A stretch of DNA of 64,000 nucleotides from an uncultured Chloroflexia bacterium (GTDB taxonomy: Bacteria > Chloroflexota > Limnocylindria > Limnocylindrales > CSP1-4): assembly GCA_963734535.1 (NCBI GenBank), contig CAVTHS010000004.1, positions 64,001 through 128,000 of the forward strand, given 5' to 3'. How positions within the stretch are numbered: position 1 is the stretch's first letter; each line of letters begins with the position of its first letter. The notes beneath the pieces were generated by a model. It was not told the origin of the DNA. It did not search any database and saw nothing but the letters and a program-made list of their open reading frames with translations. A program made the position numbers and the translations under genes. Below, one piece after another: positions 62,070 to 64,000 of this stretch.

Positions 62070-63040
62070 GCCCTCCCGTTCGTGGGGAGGTGGGCGAGCG
62101 TGCGCTCCTCGTCGGGCGCGGCCCGCCGGCCGACCAGGTCCACGAAGACCTGCTCCAGCGATGGATCCGCGATCTCGAACAGGGTGACGTGCTCGCCGCG
62201 CTCGATCGCCGCGTGGAGGATGGTCTCCGGGTCGCGCGGCGGCACCACCTCGATCTCGCTGTAGTCACGCCCGGACCGGCCGACGCGGACGCCGTCGAGC
62301 TCCGCGAGCCACGGCATCTCCGGGTCCCCGGTCACCCCCAGCCGGACGACGCGCTTCCCGCTGGACCGCTTCACGTCGGCGGTCGGCCCGTTCGCGACCA
62401 GGCGGCCGGCATCGATGATCGCGACGGCATCGCACAGCTCCTCGACGGTCTCCATCTGGTGCGTGGAGAAGATCAGGGTCTTGCCACGCTCGCGCATCTC
62501 GAGGAAGGCGGCCTTGAGGAGCGCCACGTTGACCGGGTCCAGGCCGCTGAACGGCTCGTCCATGATCAGGACGTCGGGGTCGTGGAGGACCGCCGCGATG
62601 AACTGGATCTTCTGCTGGTTGCCCTTCGAGAGCTCCTCGGCTCGCCGATCCGCGTATTCCGGCACCCGGAACCGCGTCAGCCAGCCGCGAACGTCGGCCG
62701 CGGCCGTCTTCCGGGGGACGCCGTAGAGGCCGGCGAAGAAGACGAGCTGCTCGAGGACCTGCATCCGCGGGTACAGGCCGCGCTCCTCGGGCAGGTAGCC
62801 GAACGTCCGCCGCGGAAGGTCCGTCGAGGGCCTGCCCTGCCAGGTGACGGTGCCGGTGTCGGCGCGCAGGATGTCGAGGACGATGCGCATCGTCGTGGTC
62901 TTGCCCGCCCCGTTCGCGCCGAGGAAGCCGAAGACCTGGCCGGGCTCGACCGCGAAGCTGATCCCGTCGAGGGCCTGCGTCTCGCCGAAGCGCTTCCGGA
63001 GGTCGGTGATCTGGAGGCTCATGGCCGCGTGGTTCTCCAT
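62066..63040 (-). CDS. ABC ATP-binding protein (NatA/YhaQ-like)
   Basis: GANGAGKTT, YLPEERGLY, LSKGNQQK, DEPFSGLDPVN, PSLEQVF; start could be the ATG at 63022. Confidence 0.93.
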   Translation of the reverse strand: MENHAAMSLQITDLRKRFGETQALDGISFAVEPGQVFGFLGANGAGKTTTMRIVLDILRADTGTVTWQGRPSTDLPRRTFGYLPEERGLYPRMQVLEQLVFFAGLYGVPRKTAAADVRGWLTRFRVPEYADRRAEELSKGNQQKIQFIAAVLHDPDVLIMDEPFSGLDPVNVALLKAAFLEMRERGKTLIFSTHQMETVEELCDAVAIIDAGRLVANGPTADVKRSSGKRVVRLGVTGDPEMPWLAELDGVRVGRSGRDYSEIEVVPPRDPETILHAAIERGEHVTLFEIADPSLEQVFVDLVGRRAAPDEERTLAHLPTNGRA

Positions 63041-63272
63041 TCGGCGCGGCGACTCGGTGCTGCGACCGGCTCCGCTCGCGATTGCGTCCGGCGCCCAGCC
63101 TAGCGGCTGCGACGCGACGGGTCGTGGGCAAGCCGGCCCGTCGGACGGTCCACTTGGACCCTTTTCGAGGCGGGGTCGACGCCGAACGGATGATCGTGGC
63201 CGGCCCTTCCCGGAAGTGCCCGGATGGCCGGCCAGTCATCATCAGCTCCCTGAGCGCGTACGATCGTGGGCA

Positions 63273-64000
63273 ATGGATCCCGCGGACGCGCTCATCGAGA
63301 CGATCCGGCGCTCCGTCATCGGCGACGACGAGGCGGTGGCCGGACCCTTCGGCGTCCGTCGCGTCACCTACGCCGACTACACCGCGTCGGGCCGATCCCT
63401 CACGTTCATCGAGGACTACCTCCGCGACGCGGTCCTGCCGCTCTACGCGAACACCCACACCGAATCAAGCGGGACCGGCCTGCAGACGAGCCGCTTCCGG
63501 GGAGAGGCGCGCGAGCTGATCCGGCGGGCCGTGGGGGCAACCGACGAGCACGCCGTGATCTTCGTGGGCTCGGGCTCCACCGGCGCGATCAACCGGCTCG
63601 TGGATGTCCTGCAGATTCGCCTGCCAGCCGACCTCGACGAGCGCTACGGCCTGCGAGCGATGGTCCCGCCGGGGGAGCGCCCGGTCGTGCTCGTGGGGCC
63701 GTACGAGCACCATTCGAACGAGCTGCCCTGGCGCGAGTCACTCGTCGATGTCGTCGTGATCCACGAGGACCAGGACGGGCGGATCGACGCCGGGCACCTG
63801 GTCGCGGAGCTGGAGCGCCACGCGGACCGCCCGCTGAAGATCGGCTCGTTCTCTGCCGCGTCCAACGTCACCGGGATCCTGTCCGACGTTCGTGGCATCA
63901 GCGCGATCCTCCACGCGCACGGCGCGCTGGCATGCTGGGACTACGCGGCGGCCGCGCCGTACGTCGCGATCGACATGGCCGGGGACGGCCTCGACGCGAT
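63273..64000 (+). CDS. Class V aminotransferase / cysteine desulfurase-like (partial, runs off the right edge)
   Basis: YADYTASGR, YANTHT, GSGSTGA, EHHSNELPW, SNVTG, WDYAA; not in the ORF track because it has no stop in the window. Confidence 0.9.
   Translation, partial: MDPADALIETIRRSVIGDDEAVAGPFGVRRVTYADYTASGRSLTFIEDYLRDAVLPLYANTHTESSGTGLQTSRFRGEARELIRRAVGATDEHAVIFVGSGSTGAINRLVDVLQIRLPADLDERYGLRAMVPPGERPVVLVGPYEHHSNELPWRESLVDVVVIHEDQDGRIDAGHLVAELERHADRPLKIGSFSAASNVTGILSDVRGISAILHAHGALACWDYAAAAPYVAIDMAGDGLDA

Overview
A very GC-rich (roughly 70-75% by eye) bacterial chromosomal segment of about 57 genes, mostly housekeeping. Main blocks: radC-mreB-mreC-rfbABDC; a cluster of zinc-ribbon and membrane proteins with UPF0182 and a CPBP protease; guaA/guaB3; the c-di-AMP receptor PstA/DarA, a GAF-GGDEF protein and tmk; tldD/tldE; F420-dependent enzymes; a P-type ATPase; an R3H-AAA protein; pdxST; udgB; HNH-CCA-TPR-galE; a glucosylglycerate-type cluster (Ggs/Mgs-like GT, USP-fused GpgS, glycerate kinase, nth); a two-component pair; and a NatAB-like ABC exporter. 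Gene content and style suggest a high-GC Chloroflexota such as Limnocylindria (inference, not tested). About 10 genes carry single-base frameshifts that look like long-read consensus errors. I found no rRNA, tRNA, CRISPR array, intact transposase or prophage. Most notable observations: (i) a decayed XRE-HTH + PD-(D/E)xK nuclease gene next to a ~155-nt G·U-rich rod-like hairpin, with similar solo nested-hairpin elements in other spacers, a candidate structured-RNA/DNA selfish-element family; (ii) a DNA-ligase adenylation-domain homolog lacking the catalytic Lys; (iii) a P-type ATPase with PNGL instead of PEGL; (iv) a tandem-USP-GpgS osmolyte cluster; (v) pervasive leaderless gene architecture. 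All functional calls rest on motif recognition by eye, with no database searches.
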